A program made the position numbers and the translations under genes. DNA of 64,000 nucleotides from Candidatus Methylomirabilia bacterium (GTDB lineage Bacteria > Methylomirabilota > Methylomirabilia > Rokubacteriales > CSP1-6). The notes under the pieces are model-generated. The model ran no database searches. It saw nothing but the letters and a program-made list of their open reading frames with translations, and was not told where the DNA came from. Of this stretch, positions 27,376 to 37,749 are shown in pieces (positions within the stretch are counted from its first letter, which is position 1; every line of letters begins with the position of its first letter). The stretch lies in assembly GCA_041490825.1 (NCBI GenBank), contig JBGPTW010000004.1, forward strand, positions 31,902 to 95,901. Direction: 5' to 3'.

Positions 27376-28575
27376 TCACTCGTGTCGGAGCGCTTCGATC
27401 GGATCCAGCTTGGCTGCGCGATGCGCCGGGTACACCCCGAAGAACGTCCCCACGGCGATCGAGAAGATGAGTGCCAGACCAGAAGCGAGGGGCGACACGC
27501 TTACCACGAACATGGGATACGCCCTCGCGGCCACGAGCGCGCCCAGGTACGAGAGGCCCAGGCCGAAACAGCCCCCCATGAAGGACAGTAAAATCGCCTC
27601 GCTGAGAAACTGGGCGAGGATGTCAGGCTCGCGGGCTCCCAGAGCTTTCCGAAGGCCGATCTCTCGAGTCCGTTCCGTGACCGACACGATCATGATGTTC
27701 ATGATCCCGATCCCGCCGACCAGAAGCGACACGCCGGCGATACTCCCGAGCATGGCGGTGAAGATCACGCTGATGGACTGCACCGTCTCCAGCGTTTCTC
27801 CCTGGCTCTTCACGGAGAACTGGTCCGCGAGCAGCGTCTGCCCCAAGATGCGGCGCGCTTCGATCATGGCGCCGGGGATGTCGTCCGGCTTGGGCACGCC
27901 GACGAAGATGAACGACAGCGCGGTCGTCCCGAACATCCGCTGCGCTGTTGCGAGCGGGATGAAGACCTGGTTGTCCATGTCGATGTCGAAGAGCTGGCCC
28001 TTCGGCTCCATCACACCGACGACGCGGAATTTCTCTCCCGCGATCACGACCTCCCTGCCGACGACGTCGCCGCCGCTGAAGAGAGCCACTGCGACGGTCT
28101 TCCCGAGCGCCACGACCCGCCGGCCCAGGTCCGCGTCGCTCTTCTTGAGGAACGTCCCCTGGACCGGACGCCAGTTCCGCGCTTCCTGGAAGTTCGGCAG
28201 CGTCCCGCTCACCACCACGCCGGACTTCGCCTCGCGCCCATAGCCGACCGTGGACACGTTGTTCAGCACTGGCGAGACGACGACGTGGAAGGTCGTCGCT
28301 TTCTGAAGCCGTTCCGCGTGCGATACCTGAAGACGGCTGACCTGGGACGTCCCCATGATGACGCCGCCTTTTTGCCGACCGGGCGTGACCATGTAGAGGT
28401 TCGACCCGAGGCCCTCCACCAGCCGTGTCACCTCTCGGCTCGCACCCTCCGAGATCGAGATGAGGAGGATGATCGCGGTCGTCCCGATGGTCACGCCCAG
28501 GGTCGTCAGTGTAGAACGGAGCTTGTTGGCCGTGATGGCCTCGAGGGAAACCCGAAGGTACTCGAACAGCATCAT
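27376..28575 (-). CDS. macB: ABC transporter permease (MacB/FtsX family).
   Basis: MacB_PCD-like N-terminal domain plus an FtsX 4-TM C-terminus (ERTREIGLRKALGA). Confidence 0.85.
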   Translation of the reverse strand: MMLFEYLRVSLEAITANKLRSTLTTLGVTIGTTAIILLISISEGASREVTRLVEGLGSNLYMVTPGRQKGGVIMGTSQVSRLQVSHAERLQKATTFHVVVSPVLNNVSTVGYGREAKSGVVVSGTLPNFQEARNWRPVQGTFLKKSDADLGRRVVALGKTVAVALFSGGDVVGREVVIAGEKFRVVGVMEPKGQLFDIDMDNQVFIPLATAQRMFGTTALSFIFVGVPKPDDIPGAMIEARRILGQTLLADQFSVKSQGETLETVQSISVIFTAMLGSIAGVSLLVGGIGIMNIMIVSVTERTREIGLRKALGAREPDILAQFLSEAILLSFMGGCFGLGLSYLGALVAARAYPMFVVSVSPLASGLALIFSIAVGTFFGVYPAHRAAKLDPIEALRHE

Positions 28576-29318
28576 GGTTGCGCCTCGCCGACGTGCGCAG
28601 TTGCCGACCGGCGCTCGACGACCGCCTCGTCGCGAATCACCACGCCGTCCAGGAGGTGGACGATCCGCTCGGCGTGCTCGGCGAGCTCGCGGCTGTGCGT
28701 CACCATGATGATCGTCTTGCCCTCGCGGTTCAGGCGCTCGATCAACGCCATGACTTCGAGTCCCGAGCGGGAATCGAGGTTACCGGTGGGCTCGTCGGCA
28801 AGGAGGATCTCCGGATCGTTCGCCAGCGCCCGGGCAATGGCGACGCGCTGCTGCTGGCCGCCCGACAGCTGGTTCGGCCGGTGGCGCATCCTGTCCTGTA
28901 ATCCCACGTACCGCAGCAGCTCCGCCGCGCGCTCCCTCCGGCGGTTCCTGGGGAAGCGGCTATAGACGAACGGGAGCATCACGTTGGCCAGCGCCGTCGC
29001 GCGGGGGAGCAAATGGAATGTCTGAAAGACGAAGCCGATCTTGTGGGCGCGCAAAGCCGCCAGGTCAGTGGAGGTCATTCGCGAGGTGTCGATACCCCCG
29101 ATCTCGAGCGTGCCGCTGGAGGGCCGGTCAAGACAGCCGAGAAGGTTGAGCAGGGTCGACTTGCCGCACCCGGACGGGCCCATGAGCGCGATGAACATCC
29201 CGGGATCAACCGTGAGCGACATGCCACGGAGCGCCGGGACTTCGAGCCCGTCGAGCTGGTACGTCTTGACGAGATCCTTCGTCTTTACCATCGGCCCCTG
29301 CCCAGCACGAATCCCCAC
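28572..29318 (-). CDS. ABC transporter ATP-binding protein (MacB/LolD type).
   Basis: Walker A GPSGCGKST, signature LSGGQQQRVAIARAL, Walker B ILLADEPTGNLD. Confidence 0.9.
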   Translation of the reverse strand: MGIRAGQGPMVKTKDLVKTYQLDGLEVPALRGMSLTVDPGMFIALMGPSGCGKSTLLNLLGCLDRPSSGTLEIGGIDTSRMTSTDLAALRAHKIGFVFQTFHLLPRATALANVMLPFVYSRFPRNRRRERAAELLRYVGLQDRMRHRPNQLSGGQQQRVAIARALANDPEILLADEPTGNLDSRSGLEVMALIERLNREGKTIIMVTHSRELAEHAERIVHLLDGVVIRDEAVVERRSATAHVGEAQP

Positions 29319-30352
29319 TTCGTCTGCCCGAGCTCCGTGAGTCGGCCGCGGACCCTGTTGCTGCGGACGAGCCCGCCGTCGTACTCCTCGGGACGCACGT
29401 CTCGGTTGTCACCGAGGATGAAATAGTGGTCGCGTTCAACCGTCGTCGCTGGAACGGTCCAGTTCCCGCCGCCCACCCGGTACGGCTCGTCCAAGGCTCG
29501 TGTGTTCAGCAGCACGTCGCCGTGCCGCACCTGCACCAGGTCGCCAGGCACGCCGAGGATCCTCCCGACGAATCTCACGCGGGTCCGGACGATCGACGAC
29601 CAGAAGCCATCGTCCTGGCCTGCGCGGACGAAGGAGACGATGTCCCCGCGGCGGGGTGGCCGGACGAGATACGTGAGCCTGTCGAACGGCAGAGCCACCA
29701 CGTCCGGTCGTGCGACGAAGGGTGCCACCGTCGGCTCCATCGCCCGCAGGGCGCCGCCTGGCACGAGTCCTCGCTCGACCAGCGCGACGTGCTCACCCCA
29801 GGCGAGACCGCCGTACAGCAGCACGACCGCGAAGACCATCCTGGCCAGCGGCCACCCGGACCGCCCGCTCCACACTCTCACGGCGTGGAGCTTGAGGCGT
29901 AGCCCCCACAGCCAGAGCGTGAATAGAACGGCGATTTCCAGGAGGAGCCAATTGACGTCCAGATCCCGCCGCCAGTCCGTGGGGACGAGCAAGACGGCAG
30001 CAAAGGTCAAGAGCGCCCCGATGATGGCCGGGACCTCGGTATACCCCCAGAGCACGAACAGCTCGGACCACTCCGCGATGGGGTGACCGGTCAATCGCGC
30101 GCCGGAGTACACGAGACCGACGAGCAACGCTGTCCACCCGAGGGCGACGAAGCAGTTCCCGATCAGGCAGGCCGGGGTGCCAGCGAGAGGAGCGAACACG
30201 AGTTCGCTGATGAGAAGGGTCCTGACATAGTAGCCCGTCGCGCCAAGGAGCGCGGACACCGCCAGCGCGCGCCGCACCAGCATCGCCTCGAGGGTGTCTC
30301 GGGGCTCCATCATCAGTCCTCTGACGTCGACCCATGCTGCGATCACCGGCAA
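29285..30352 (-). CDS. Polytopic membrane domain fused to an S26 signal-peptidase-I-like domain whose Ser/Lys catalytic dyad is substituted (putative pseudopeptidase).
   Basis: Box C RRGDIVSF and box E YFILGDNRD are conserved. Box B reads RAMEPTV (Ala at the nucleophile Ser). Box D reads FVGRILGVPGD (Gly at the general-base Lys). Confidence 0.5.
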   Translation of the reverse strand: MPVIAAWVDVRGLMMEPRDTLEAMLVRRALAVSALLGATGYYVRTLLISELVFAPLAGTPACLIGNCFVALGWTALLVGLVYSGARLTGHPIAEWSELFVLWGYTEVPAIIGALLTFAAVLLVPTDWRRDLDVNWLLLEIAVLFTLWLWGLRLKLHAVRVWSGRSGWPLARMVFAVVLLYGGLAWGEHVALVERGLVPGGALRAMEPTVAPFVARPDVVALPFDRLTYLVRPPRRGDIVSFVRAGQDDGFWSSIVRTRVRFVGRILGVPGDLVQVRHGDVLLNTRALDEPYRVGGGNWTVPATTVERDHYFILGDNRDVRPEEYDGGLVRSNRVRGRLTELGQTKWGFVLGRGRW

Positions 30353-30362
30353 CCTCGTGCGA

Positions 30363-30743
30363 TCAGATGATCCCGAGGAAGAGCGCTACTGCCACGACCT
30401 CCTCCTTCAATTCGCCGAACGTGACCGCCTCGGCCAGCGCGAGGAGGACGAGGACTGCCGCGCCGAGCACCGGCAGTCCACTCGCCGGAAAATCCCACCG
30501 GGACCGTCGCGGGCGATGGATCGCGATAACCCGTTCCTTGACCCGAGAACGCGCGTCCAAGATCCTCTCCGGGGTCCTCGCCGGGATTGCCGCAGCATCG
30601 GCGATCACCGTCGCGAGTCGGAACAGCTCTTCCACTTCGGTCCGGCAGCGGCTGCAGACAGTGATGTGCTGCTCGACTCGTGCCCGGGTGCCAGCATCGA
30701 CGAGCCCATCCGTGTAGAGGGTCAGCGACGCCGGATCCATCGC
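30363..30743 (-). CDS. Anti-sigma factor (zf-HC2 type) with a C-terminal TM helix.
   Basis: HITVCSRC = Hx3Cx2C motif. TM segment GLPVLGAAVLVLLALA. Confidence 0.55.
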   Translation of the reverse strand, partial: AMDPASLTLYTDGLVDAGTRARVEQHITVCSRCRTEVEELFRLATVIADAAAIPARTPERILDARSRVKERVIAIHRPRRSRWDFPASGLPVLGAAVLVLLALAEAVTFGELKEEVVAVALFLGII

Positions 30744-30777
30744 GCACTCGAACCCCGGCCGCCGAAATCCGAAGAAC

Positions 30778-32406
30778 CTAGAGATCGACACGATACCTCT
30801 CCAGCAGGGTGCCCGTGGCCCGATCGAACTGGACGAGGATCTTGTTGTAGTCGATGATGACCTTCCACTCTTCCTGCTCGGCCGTGACCAGATCCCGCTG
30901 CGCCTCGATCACCTCGCTCAAGGACGCGAGCCCCTGCTGGAACTTCTCTCGTGTCACGTCCACCCGCAGCTTCGACTGCTCGCGGAACGCCCGAGAGACC
31001 GCGATCACGCTGAACGTCGACTGCATCTGGAGCCCCAGGCGCTCGACCTCGAGCGCGATCGCGTTCTCGACGTTCTTGACGGTGATCTCCGCCCTCTGCT
31101 TTTCCAGCTCAGCCGTCTCGAGCTGGCTCTTGGCGGCGACGTTTCCGAGAGTGAACGTCAGGTTCATACCGACCTTCCATGCGGGGAACTCACCCGAGAA
31201 AAGATTGTCCAGCGAGGTTCCGTAGCCGCCGACAGCGACGCTACTGGCTCCCGGGAAGCTGAGCGTGATCGGCCTGGTGACGGACACCGAGCTGGTGATG
31301 GGCACGGTGACCGTCGTGGTCAGTTGGCCAGGGGCCGCCTCGCCCGCGAGCCCGGTCCACCCGTAGCTTCCGAACAGATTCAGCTGCGGCAGGACCTGGT
31401 TCTTCGCGAAACCAACCGTGAGGTCTTTGTTCCTGAGATCGAGCCGGGCCTGAGGCAGCTCAGGGCGCTGTGCCAGCGCGTTCTTCACGGCCTCTGCGAT
31501 GTCCACGGTCTTCGGCTCGGCGAGGGGCTGATCGAGGGGCACGATCAGCGGATCGCCTCCTACCGCGAAGTTGAGCAGGTCTCGCAGCCGGCGCATCGCG
31601 TCCCGCTGCGTGTTACGGGCGACCAGAAGATCTCCTTCGCGCTGGAGGACCGAAGTCTTCGCCTGGAGCCGCGCGGTCTCCGGCATGAACCCTTCGGTCA
31701 CGAGCTCCTCGGTCCGCTTCGCCAGGTCCCGGGTGAGCTCGAGCGCACGCTCCCTGATCTCGATGTCTTTGAACGCCTTTGCGAGGTCCCAGTAGGTGCT
31801 CTCGGTTTCCGCCAAAATCCCGGCGACCCTGGTCCGGAGCTGGTAGCGTGAGATTCCCACGTTGTTCTCGGCAACCTTGATGCGCCACAAGTTCGCGTCT
31901 GGTCCGAAGCCCTTCAGCAGCGGCTGGGTCAGCGTCAGCGCCAGGCTGGACTGGTACTGCGGGTTGAGGGTCAGGAACTGAGAGTTGCTCTCCAGCTTGC
32001 TGTTCACGAAATCGAGCGACGCCACCGCACCACTGATGAGCCGCGCTCTGATTCCCGTGCTCCACGCGGTCGTGTCGACCTCGGGTGTCGGAGATCCTGC
32101 CAGACCCGATCCCGACAGGCTAATGCTCTGGCTGCGGCTGCCCTCCATCGAGACGGCCGGATGGAACGCTGCGCGCTCGCTCCGGACATCCTGCTCCACG
32201 ATTCTCGAATTGAACCGCTCGACCTTGAGGTCGCGGCTATTCATGAGGGCGAGGTAGGCGACATCATCCCGGGTGAGAGGCAGCGCCTCCCCGGCGTTCG
32301 TGAGTAGCGCCTGGGCGCCGGCCGAAGGCACCCCACTGGACATGAGGATGACCCAGGCTACTGAGGCAAGCCGGAGGCGGGACGTATGAAACGCGCGTGC
32401 CGTCAT
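30778..32406 (-). CDS. TolC-family outer membrane efflux protein.
   Basis: Signal peptide, duplicated OEP repeats, many Leu/Gln/Arg coiled-coil segments. Confidence 0.75.
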   Translation of the reverse strand: MTARAFHTSRLRLASVAWVILMSSGVPSAGAQALLTNAGEALPLTRDDVAYLALMNSRDLKVERFNSRIVEQDVRSERAAFHPAVSMEGSRSQSISLSGSGLAGSPTPEVDTTAWSTGIRARLISGAVASLDFVNSKLESNSQFLTLNPQYQSSLALTLTQPLLKGFGPDANLWRIKVAENNVGISRYQLRTRVAGILAETESTYWDLAKAFKDIEIRERALELTRDLAKRTEELVTEGFMPETARLQAKTSVLQREGDLLVARNTQRDAMRRLRDLLNFAVGGDPLIVPLDQPLAEPKTVDIAEAVKNALAQRPELPQARLDLRNKDLTVGFAKNQVLPQLNLFGSYGWTGLAGEAAPGQLTTTVTVPITSSVSVTRPITLSFPGASSVAVGGYGTSLDNLFSGEFPAWKVGMNLTFTLGNVAAKSQLETAELEKQRAEITVKNVENAIALEVERLGLQMQSTFSVIAVSRAFREQSKLRVDVTREKFQQGLASLSEVIEAQRDLVTAEQEEWKVIIDYNKILVQFDRATGTLLERYRVDL

Positions 32407-32768
32407 GAACGCTCCTCCAATCAAGTCAGTCCTCCGATCACGCCGATTAGACTTCGGACGGGCCGCTAAGGTTTGAATGTCCCTGATGCACCCGCCCCAG
32501 AATGCGGTGGGGCTCGAGGGGCGGTCCCGGCCCGGCCCGCGAGCGGCGCCGGTGTGCGAGGCGAGCGCCCGGCCAACTGAGCTAATTGCCGGTAGCAACG
32601 TTAACGGGTTGCGAGGGGCGCGTCAACCCTGCGGGCGGGCGAGCGGGCGAGCGGCACGAGCGACGCTATCGCCGGGACTGCGACGCCGCGGTCGGCTTCC
32701 GGGTGGGTCTGTTCACGTCTGCGGCGCCGAGACTTGCGCCCCGGCGCCGCAGATCCAAATGCTACGCC

Positions 32769-33023
32769 CTACTTCACTCCGAGCATCGCGTTGGCCTCGT
32801 TGGCGGTCTTCACGGAGTCGGCATGCTTGCCGTCCTTGTGAAGCTGCTCCGCCTCGTCCAGCTTGGCCACCGCCGCCTTCACCTTCGCGTCGTTGGCGTC
32901 CATCTTCGCCGCCGCCTCCCGCCCTTGCTTGATCAGCTTGGGGCAGGTGTTGGCGAACGCCATTCCGCCGCTCAGACTCAGGCTGAGCACTACAGCCATC
33001 AGAGCCATGACGAGCTTCTTCAT
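32769..33023 (-). CDS. Small secreted hypothetical protein with a signal peptide.
   Basis: MKKLVMALMAVVLSLSLSGGMAFA leader, then a Lys/Ala-rich helix. Confidence 0.4.
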   Translation of the reverse strand: MKKLVMALMAVVLSLSLSGGMAFANTCPKLIKQGREAAAKMDANDAKVKAAVAKLDEAEQLHKDGKHADSVKTANEANAMLGVK

Positions 33024-33049
33024 CCGATCACCTCCCTTGCGTGAAATAG

Positions 33050-34954
33050 CTACTCAGCGTCTAAACGCTCGGCTGGGCTTGGTGGTTCCGAGCGGCTCGC
33101 TGCCAGGGGGGGCTGGGTCTCCTCGCCGGTCGGCCCGCGGCCCGCCGCGGCCCCGGGGGCCGGATGGAAGTATTCGAAAATGCGCTGCGCGAGCTTTGGT
33201 GTCACCTTCGGTACGGCCGCGAGCTCGGCGACGGACGACTCGCGCACACGCCGCGCCGAGCCGAGCGTCTTCAGCAGGCTGGTGCGAATGGTCGGCCCCA
33301 CGCCGGGAATCGTGTCGAGCACGGACTGAATGGTGCGCCGCGTCCGCAGCTTCTTGTGGTACGTGATCGCGAACCGATGGGCCTCGTCGCGCACCTTCTG
33401 CAGCGTGTGGAGTCCAGGCGACGTCGGATCGAGAACCAGCGGCTCCAGGCTGTCGGGCCGGTAGATCTCTTCCTGCTGCTTCGCCAGGGACACGACCGGA
33501 ATCCAGTCGAGGCCGAGATCCTGGAGCACCGTGACACCGACGTTCAGCTGGCCGCGCCCGCCATCGATCAGCACGAGATCCGGCAGTGCCGTTCCCTGCT
33601 CGAGCGCCCGGCCGAACCGCCGCCGCAGCATCTCGGCGAGCGACGCGAAATCGTCCGCGCCCGCGACGGTCTTGATGCGGAATCGCTTGTAGTCGTCCTT
33701 CTTCGGCGCGCCGTTCTCCCAGACCACCATCGAGCCGACTTGCTCACTGCCCTGGATCGCCGAAATGTCGTAGCCCTCGATGCGGTTCGGCAGGCCGGGG
33801 AGATCGAGCGCGGCCCGCAGTTCCTCTTGAATCGCTTGCTGCCGGTTCCCGCGAGCGAGCAGTCGATTCTGGAGCGCGATGGCCGCGTTGGCCTCGGCCA
33901 TGGCCACGAAGTCGCGCTTGGTGCCACGCTGCGGGGCATGGAGCTGCACGCGGCGGCTGACAAGTCCACTGAGCCACTCGGTGACGAGCTCCGCTTCCGG
34001 CACGTCCTCCGACACGAGCACTTCGGGCGCGGGCCTGACGTTCGAGCCGTAGAACTGCTCGAGGAACGCTGACAGCACCTCACCATCCGTCCAGCCGGCG
34101 ACCCGGTCGAAGAAGAAGGCCTCCTGGCCCATGAGCCGGCCACGGCGCACGAAGAAGAGCTGGACGCACGCGTCCGCGCCCTGGCGTACGACGCCGAGCA
34201 CGTCCTGGTCGACCTCCTCGGTCGAGATGATCTTCTGCCGCTCGCGCACCTTGTTGAGCGACTGGATCTGGTCCCGCAACACGGCGGAGCGCTCGAACTT
34301 CAAATCGGCCGCGGCGGTCTCCATCTCCTGCGTGAGGGCCAGCGCGAGATCCTCGTCCTTGCCCTCGAGGAAGCGCTGCGCGTCGCGCACGGTCCTGGCG
34401 TAACCCTCCCGCGTCTCCCATCCGGTGCACGGCGCGTTGCACCGCCCGATCGAGTACTGAATGCACGGCCGCGGGAGCCGGCCGTCGATCGTGATCGAGC
34501 ACGTGCGCAGCGGAAAGAGCTGGCGCGTCAACCGCAGCGTCTCGCGCATCGCGGTCGCCGGGTAGAACGGTCCGTAGTAGGTCGCGCCGTCGTTCTTCAC
34601 CCGACGCGCGACGACCAGTCGCGGGAACTCCTCGTCGGTCGTCAATTTCAAGAATGGATAGTGCTTGTCGTCGCGCAGGATGATGTTGTAGCGTGGTCGA
34701 TGCTTGCGGACGAGGTTCGCCTCGAGCATCAGGGCCTCGAGCTCGTTGTCGGTCACCACGTACTCGAGGTCGCGCACCTGTCGGACGAGCGCGTCGGTCT
34801 TGGCGTCGCGCGGGCGCGAGTCGAGGAAGTACGAGCGGACGCGGCTCTTGAGCGAGGCCGCCTTGCCGACGTAGATCACCTGCGCCTTGGCGTCCTTGTA
34901 GAGGTAGACGCCGGGCCGGTCGGGCAACCGGGCGAGCTTCTCCTCGAGCGTCAT
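33050..34954 (-). CDS. uvrC: Excinuclease ABC subunit C.
   Basis: GIY-YIG N-terminus (GVYLYKDAKAQVIYVGKAASLKSR), UvrBC-interacting region, RNase H-like domain and C-terminal HhH. Confidence 0.95.
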   Translation of the reverse strand: MTLEEKLARLPDRPGVYLYKDAKAQVIYVGKAASLKSRVRSYFLDSRPRDAKTDALVRQVRDLEYVVTDNELEALMLEANLVRKHRPRYNIILRDDKHYPFLKLTTDEEFPRLVVARRVKNDGATYYGPFYPATAMRETLRLTRQLFPLRTCSITIDGRLPRPCIQYSIGRCNAPCTGWETREGYARTVRDAQRFLEGKDEDLALALTQEMETAAADLKFERSAVLRDQIQSLNKVRERQKIISTEEVDQDVLGVVRQGADACVQLFFVRRGRLMGQEAFFFDRVAGWTDGEVLSAFLEQFYGSNVRPAPEVLVSEDVPEAELVTEWLSGLVSRRVQLHAPQRGTKRDFVAMAEANAAIALQNRLLARGNRQQAIQEELRAALDLPGLPNRIEGYDISAIQGSEQVGSMVVWENGAPKKDDYKRFRIKTVAGADDFASLAEMLRRRFGRALEQGTALPDLVLIDGGRGQLNVGVTVLQDLGLDWIPVVSLAKQQEEIYRPDSLEPLVLDPTSPGLHTLQKVRDEAHRFAITYHKKLRTRRTIQSVLDTIPGVGPTIRTSLLKTLGSARRVRESSVAELAAVPKVTPKLAQRIFEYFHPAPGAAAGRGPTGEETQPPLAASRSEPPSPAERLDAE

Positions 34955-35050
34955 GCGGATATTGTACCGGGCGCGGGTCGAGGCGGGCGCCGGCTTCGCC
35001 GGCGACCGACGAGCGTTGGGGGGTCTGGGGGGGCGCCCGGAGCCCCCCAG

Positions 35051-37033
35051 CTAAACCAATCCCCGCTTGCGCAACGCCTTCACCCGATCCCGCAGCTCGG
35101 CGGCCTGCTCGAAGTCCAGCCGTCGGGCGGCCTCCTTCATGCGGGCCTCGAGCTCCTCGATCCGCCGCTTCAGCGCGGCCGGCGACTCGAACTGCTCCAC
35201 CGGCGTTTCCTCCACCTCGACGGTATAGTAATCACGCTCGTACACGGTCTGCAGCAGCTCGCGGATCGATGAGCGAATGGATTCCGGCGTGATCCCGCGC
35301 TCGGTGTTGTAGGCCGCCTGGAGCTCGCGCCGCCGGTCCGTCTCGCGGATGGTCCCGGCCATCGACTCGGTGACGTGATCGGCGTACATGACGACTTCGC
35401 CGTTCACGTTGCGAGCGGCCCGTCCGGCCGTCTGGATCAGCGACGTCGCGGACCGGAGATAGCCCTCCTTGTCCGCGTCGAGAATGGCCACCAGCGAGAC
35501 TTCGGGAATGTCGAGGCCCTCGCGGAGCAGGTTGATTCCGATGAGCGCGTCGAACTTCCCGAGCCGCAGGTCGCGCACGATCGCCACCCGATCGAGCGTG
35601 TCGATGTCCGAGTGGAGATAGCGGACGCGGAGGCCCGCCTGCTGATAGTACTCCGTCAGGTCTTCCGCCATTCGCTTGGTGAGCGTGGTCACCAGCACCC
35701 GCTCGTCCCGCTCGGCACGCGTCCGGATCTCGTGCAGCAGGTCGTCGACCTGGTCCGACGCGGGGCGCACCGTGATCTTCGGATCCATCAGACCGGTTGG
35801 ACGGATCACTTGCTCGGCAATGGCGTCGCCGGCCAGCTGGATCTCGTGCTGCGCGGGCGTCGCGGACACGTACACCGTCTGACCGGTCAGGCGCGTGAAC
35901 TCGTCGAACGTGAGTGGCCGGTTGTCGAAGGCCGACGGCATCCGGAAGCCATACTCGACGAGCGCTTCCTTGCGCGAGCGGTCGCTGTAGTACATGCCGC
36001 GGATCTGCGGAACAGCGACGTGACTCTCGTCGATGACCACGAGCGCATCCTTCGGCAGATAATCGATGAGGGTCGGCGGCGGCTCGCCCGGCCGGCGGCC
36101 CGTCAGGTGGCGTGAATAATTCTCGATACCGTGGCAGTACCCCAGCTCGCGCAACATCTCCAGATCGAACAGCGTGCGCTGTTCGAGCCGTTGCGCCTCG
36201 AGCAGCCGATTGCGCTGGCGCAAGAAGCTCAGACGCTCACCGAGCTCCTCCGTGATGGTTTCCATCGCCCGCTCGAGCTGCGCCGCCTCGGTGACGTAGT
36301 GGCTGGCGGGATAGACGTGGGCACGATCGAAGCGCTCGAGCAGCGCGCCCTTCAACGGGTCGATGCGATGGAGCGCCTCGACGACGTCGCCGAAGAGCTC
36401 GATGCGGAGCGCGTGACTGTCCTCGTTGGCGGGAAACACCTCCACGACGTCGCCTCGCACCCGGAACGTCCCGCGATGGAAATCGTAGTCGTTCCGCTCG
36501 TACTGCACGGCGACGAGCCGGCGGATGATCTCGTCGCGGTCGATGCGCTCGCCCTCGGCCAGCGCCAGGTGCAGGCTCTCGTACGTGTCCGGCGCTCCGA
36601 TGCCGTAGATACAGGAGACGGAGGCCACGACGATCACGTCGCGCCGCTCGAGCAGCGACTTCGTGGCGGAGTGCCGCATGCGATCGATCTCGTCGTTCAC
36701 CAGCGCGTCCTTCTCGATGTACGTGTCCGACTGGGCAATGTAGGCCTCGGGCTGGTAGTAGTCGTAGTAGGACACGAAGTACTCGACCGCGTTCGTGGGG
36801 AAGAACGCCTTGAACTCGCTGAAGAGCTGAGCGGCGAGCGTCTTGTTCGGCGAGATCACCAGGGTCGTCCGGTCGACGTTGGCAATCACGTTGGCGATCG
36901 AGTACGTCTTCCCGGATCCGGTGACCCCGCGCAGGACCGCGTGGCGCTCGCCAGACCGGACGAAGCCGGTAAGAGCGCTGATGGCTTGGGGCTGGTCGCC
37001 CCGCGGCGAGTACTCCGAAGTCAGGCGGAACAC
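35051..37033 (-). CDS. uvrB: Excinuclease ABC subunit B.
   Basis: Helicase motifs [12 protein letters not shown], beta-hairpin region, and the C-terminal UvrB/UvrC interaction motif. Confidence 0.95.
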   Translation of the reverse strand: MFRLTSEYSPRGDQPQAISALTGFVRSGERHAVLRGVTGSGKTYSIANVIANVDRTTLVISPNKTLAAQLFSEFKAFFPTNAVEYFVSYYDYYQPEAYIAQSDTYIEKDALVNDEIDRMRHSATKSLLERRDVIVVASVSCIYGIGAPDTYESLHLALAEGERIDRDEIIRRLVAVQYERNDYDFHRGTFRVRGDVVEVFPANEDSHALRIELFGDVVEALHRIDPLKGALLERFDRAHVYPASHYVTEAAQLERAMETITEELGERLSFLRQRNRLLEAQRLEQRTLFDLEMLRELGYCHGIENYSRHLTGRRPGEPPPTLIDYLPKDALVVIDESHVAVPQIRGMYYSDRSRKEALVEYGFRMPSAFDNRPLTFDEFTRLTGQTVYVSATPAQHEIQLAGDAIAEQVIRPTGLMDPKITVRPASDQVDDLLHEIRTRAERDERVLVTTLTKRMAEDLTEYYQQAGLRVRYLHSDIDTLDRVAIVRDLRLGKFDALIGINLLREGLDIPEVSLVAILDADKEGYLRSATSLIQTAGRAARNVNGEVVMYADHVTESMAGTIRETDRRRELQAAYNTERGITPESIRSSIRELLQTVYERDYYTVEVEETPVEQFESPAALKRRIEELEARMKEAARRLDFEQAAELRDRVKALRKRGLV

Positions 37034-37043
37034 GGCGGGTCGC

Positions 37044-37574
37044 TTACGACGGAATCGGGACCGCGACGAGATACTTGCGCCACGAGTCCAGCAGCGAATG
37101 CGCGTGCGGGTGCCTCAGCATGTGGGTCGAGAACAGGAATTTCGGGTGGAACGGCTCACGCAGCAGCCGCATGCTGACCTCGGCGGGTAGCCGATTCCCC
37201 TTCCGGAGATTGCAGCGGAGACAGGCCGCCACGACGTTGGTCCACGTGGTCTCCCCGCCCCGTGATCGCGGCACGATGTGGTCCACGGTCAGGCGCTCGC
37301 CGCGGCGGTTGCAATACTGACAGGCATAGCCATCCCGGCGGAGGATGTTCTTTTTGTTGAACGCGACCCGATCGAGGAACGGCTTCCGGATGTAGACCGC
37401 CAGCCGAATCACCGCCGGCAGCGCAAACACGATCGACGGCGAGCGGACGACCCGTGGCGACGCTTCGACGGCTTCGGCTTTTCCGGCGAGGAGCAACGTG
37501 ACCGCACGGCGGGCGTTGGTGAAATGCAGCGGCTCAAATGAGTAATTGAGCACCAGTACTGCGATCTCATCCAT
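37044..37574 (-). CDS. HNH endonuclease.
   Basis: [23 protein letters not shown]...CLRCN is an HNH motif. It lies 10 bp upstream of uvrB on the same strand. Confidence 0.75.
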   Translation of the reverse strand: MDEIAVLVLNYSFEPLHFTNARRAVTLLLAGKAEAVEASPRVVRSPSIVFALPAVIRLAVYIRKPFLDRVAFNKKNILRRDGYACQYCNRRGERLTVDHIVPRSRGGETTWTNVVAACLRCNLRKGNRLPAEVSMRLLREPFHPKFLFSTHMLRHPHAHSLLDSWRKYLVAVPIPS

Positions 37575-37749
37575 CTTGTTTGCTTAGCATAATCGTGGGT
37601 CCGCGCGTGTGTCAAATCACCGCGCCGGCCTGTTCCTCTCGCCTTCGGCAACTTTCCGGCCCGTTTCAGAGTAGCAGGCGAATGGGGAGGCATGCTCGGG
37701 GGCAGTTCTATCAGTCGAGGACGGGAATCAGCGGCGAGTCGGCCGGGCC

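Noticed and set aside
32700-32760. GC-rich inverted repeat (ctgcggcgccg...cggcgccgcag) downstream of the small secreted-protein gene, considered as an intrinsic terminator.
   Set aside because: No U-tract follows on the transcribed strand. It may still be a stabilising stem-loop, but it is not a canonical rho-independent terminator.
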